Of a stretch of 51,895 bases of DNA, positions 51,343 through 51,895 are shown in pieces. A model generated the notes under the pieces. The model was not told the origin of the DNA. It worked only from the letters and a program-made list of their open reading frames with translations, and made no database searches. Source of the DNA: Octopus bimaculoides (Eukaryota); NCBI RefSeq assembly GCF_001194135.2, contig NC_068981.1, forward strand, positions 47,793,445 to 47,845,339. The letters are read 5' to 3'. Positions within the stretch are counted from its first letter, which is position 1; each line of letters begins with the position of its first letter. Made by a program: the position numbers and the translations under genes.

Positions 51343-51660
51343 ATGAAAAATTTACACCTTCTGAAAATGAAATGCTTCAGAGATATATACAATAACATCT
51401 TACACTTTTCACAAAAACACGAGATTTCGTTCGGTAGAGCTGCTGTTATTACCACTCCTCGATTAGGAGAGCTGGATAAGAAACGAAAAAAAGGAAAATC
51501 AGATCGGAAACCGATATTGTTCACAGAATCATGTTTCAAAACATTTCATTCATTGGAGTTTAGAACATTTTTAGAAATATTTACAGAAATGCAGAAATTC
51601 AAAACATCCTCTAATCTATATAGCCGTATTCTTTGCCACCAAGAATCACCTAACTTTTAA
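51343..51660 (+). CDS. 105-aa ORF of unknown status
   Basis: Non-repetitive open frame with a basic cluster (KKRKKGK); no recognisable domain. Confidence 0.25.
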   Translation: MKNLHLLKMKCFRDIYNNILHFSQKHEISFGRAAVITTPRLGELDKKRKKGKSDRKPILFTESCFKTFHSLEFRTFLEIFTEMQKFKTSSNLYSRILCHQESPNF

Positions 51661-51691
51661 GTCATTAACGTTTACTCATTTCAGTCATTAG

Positions 51692-51790
51692 ACGGAGGTC
51701 AGGCTAAAGGGTTTACTCGAATACATCGATCTCCGTACTTATTATCTCTTTAAGCATCGTAGCTATTCTGTAGGTCTCTTTTTCGCCATG
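51692..51790 (+). CDS. Candidate 99-nt phase 0-0 coding exon
   Basis: Acceptor tttactcatttcagtcattag, TEVRLKGLLEYIDLRTYYLFKHRSYSVGLFFAM, donor gtaggc. Confidence 0.4.
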
Positions 51791-51863
51791 GTAGGCACAG
51801 GCACAACACAGACACAAACATAAACACATAAACACACAGACACACACAGACGCATGCACACAT

Positions 51864-51895
<32 letters not shown>

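Noticed and set aside
1-51895. CRISPR array, rRNA or prokaryotic operon
   Set aside because: There is no repeat-spacer structure or rRNA similarity, and the sequence is clearly eukaryotic.

Overview
AT-rich, microsatellite-dense eukaryotic genomic DNA with many N gaps. The SINE repertoire resembles what I recall from octopus (coleoid cephalopod) genomes; this species assignment is an inference. Much of the window is decayed transposable elements: Tc1/mariner, maT-like, R4/Dong LINEs next to (TAA)n arrays, a CR1-like LINE, an RTE LINE, two Penelope-like elements, a Helitron, MITE/foldback elements and tRNA-derived SINEs. Two gene-level signals sit between the repeats. (1) The 3' end of a plus-strand gene built from six tiny phase-compatible exons, including a 14-nt microexon (528-2943). 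(2) A both-strand cluster of about 10-13 short signal-peptide + Cys-rich (+/- hydrophobic tail) units, most of them decayed. The best-preserved one (17097-17543) ends in a Ly6/uPAR-like C-x-C-x4-C-N motif. A 45-bp inverted duplication of one unit and a degenerate Penelope-type hammerhead inside a SINE are also visible. All translations, alignments and splice calls were done by eye, with no database search. T-rich DNA can mimic signal peptides, so the weaker units carry low confidence.
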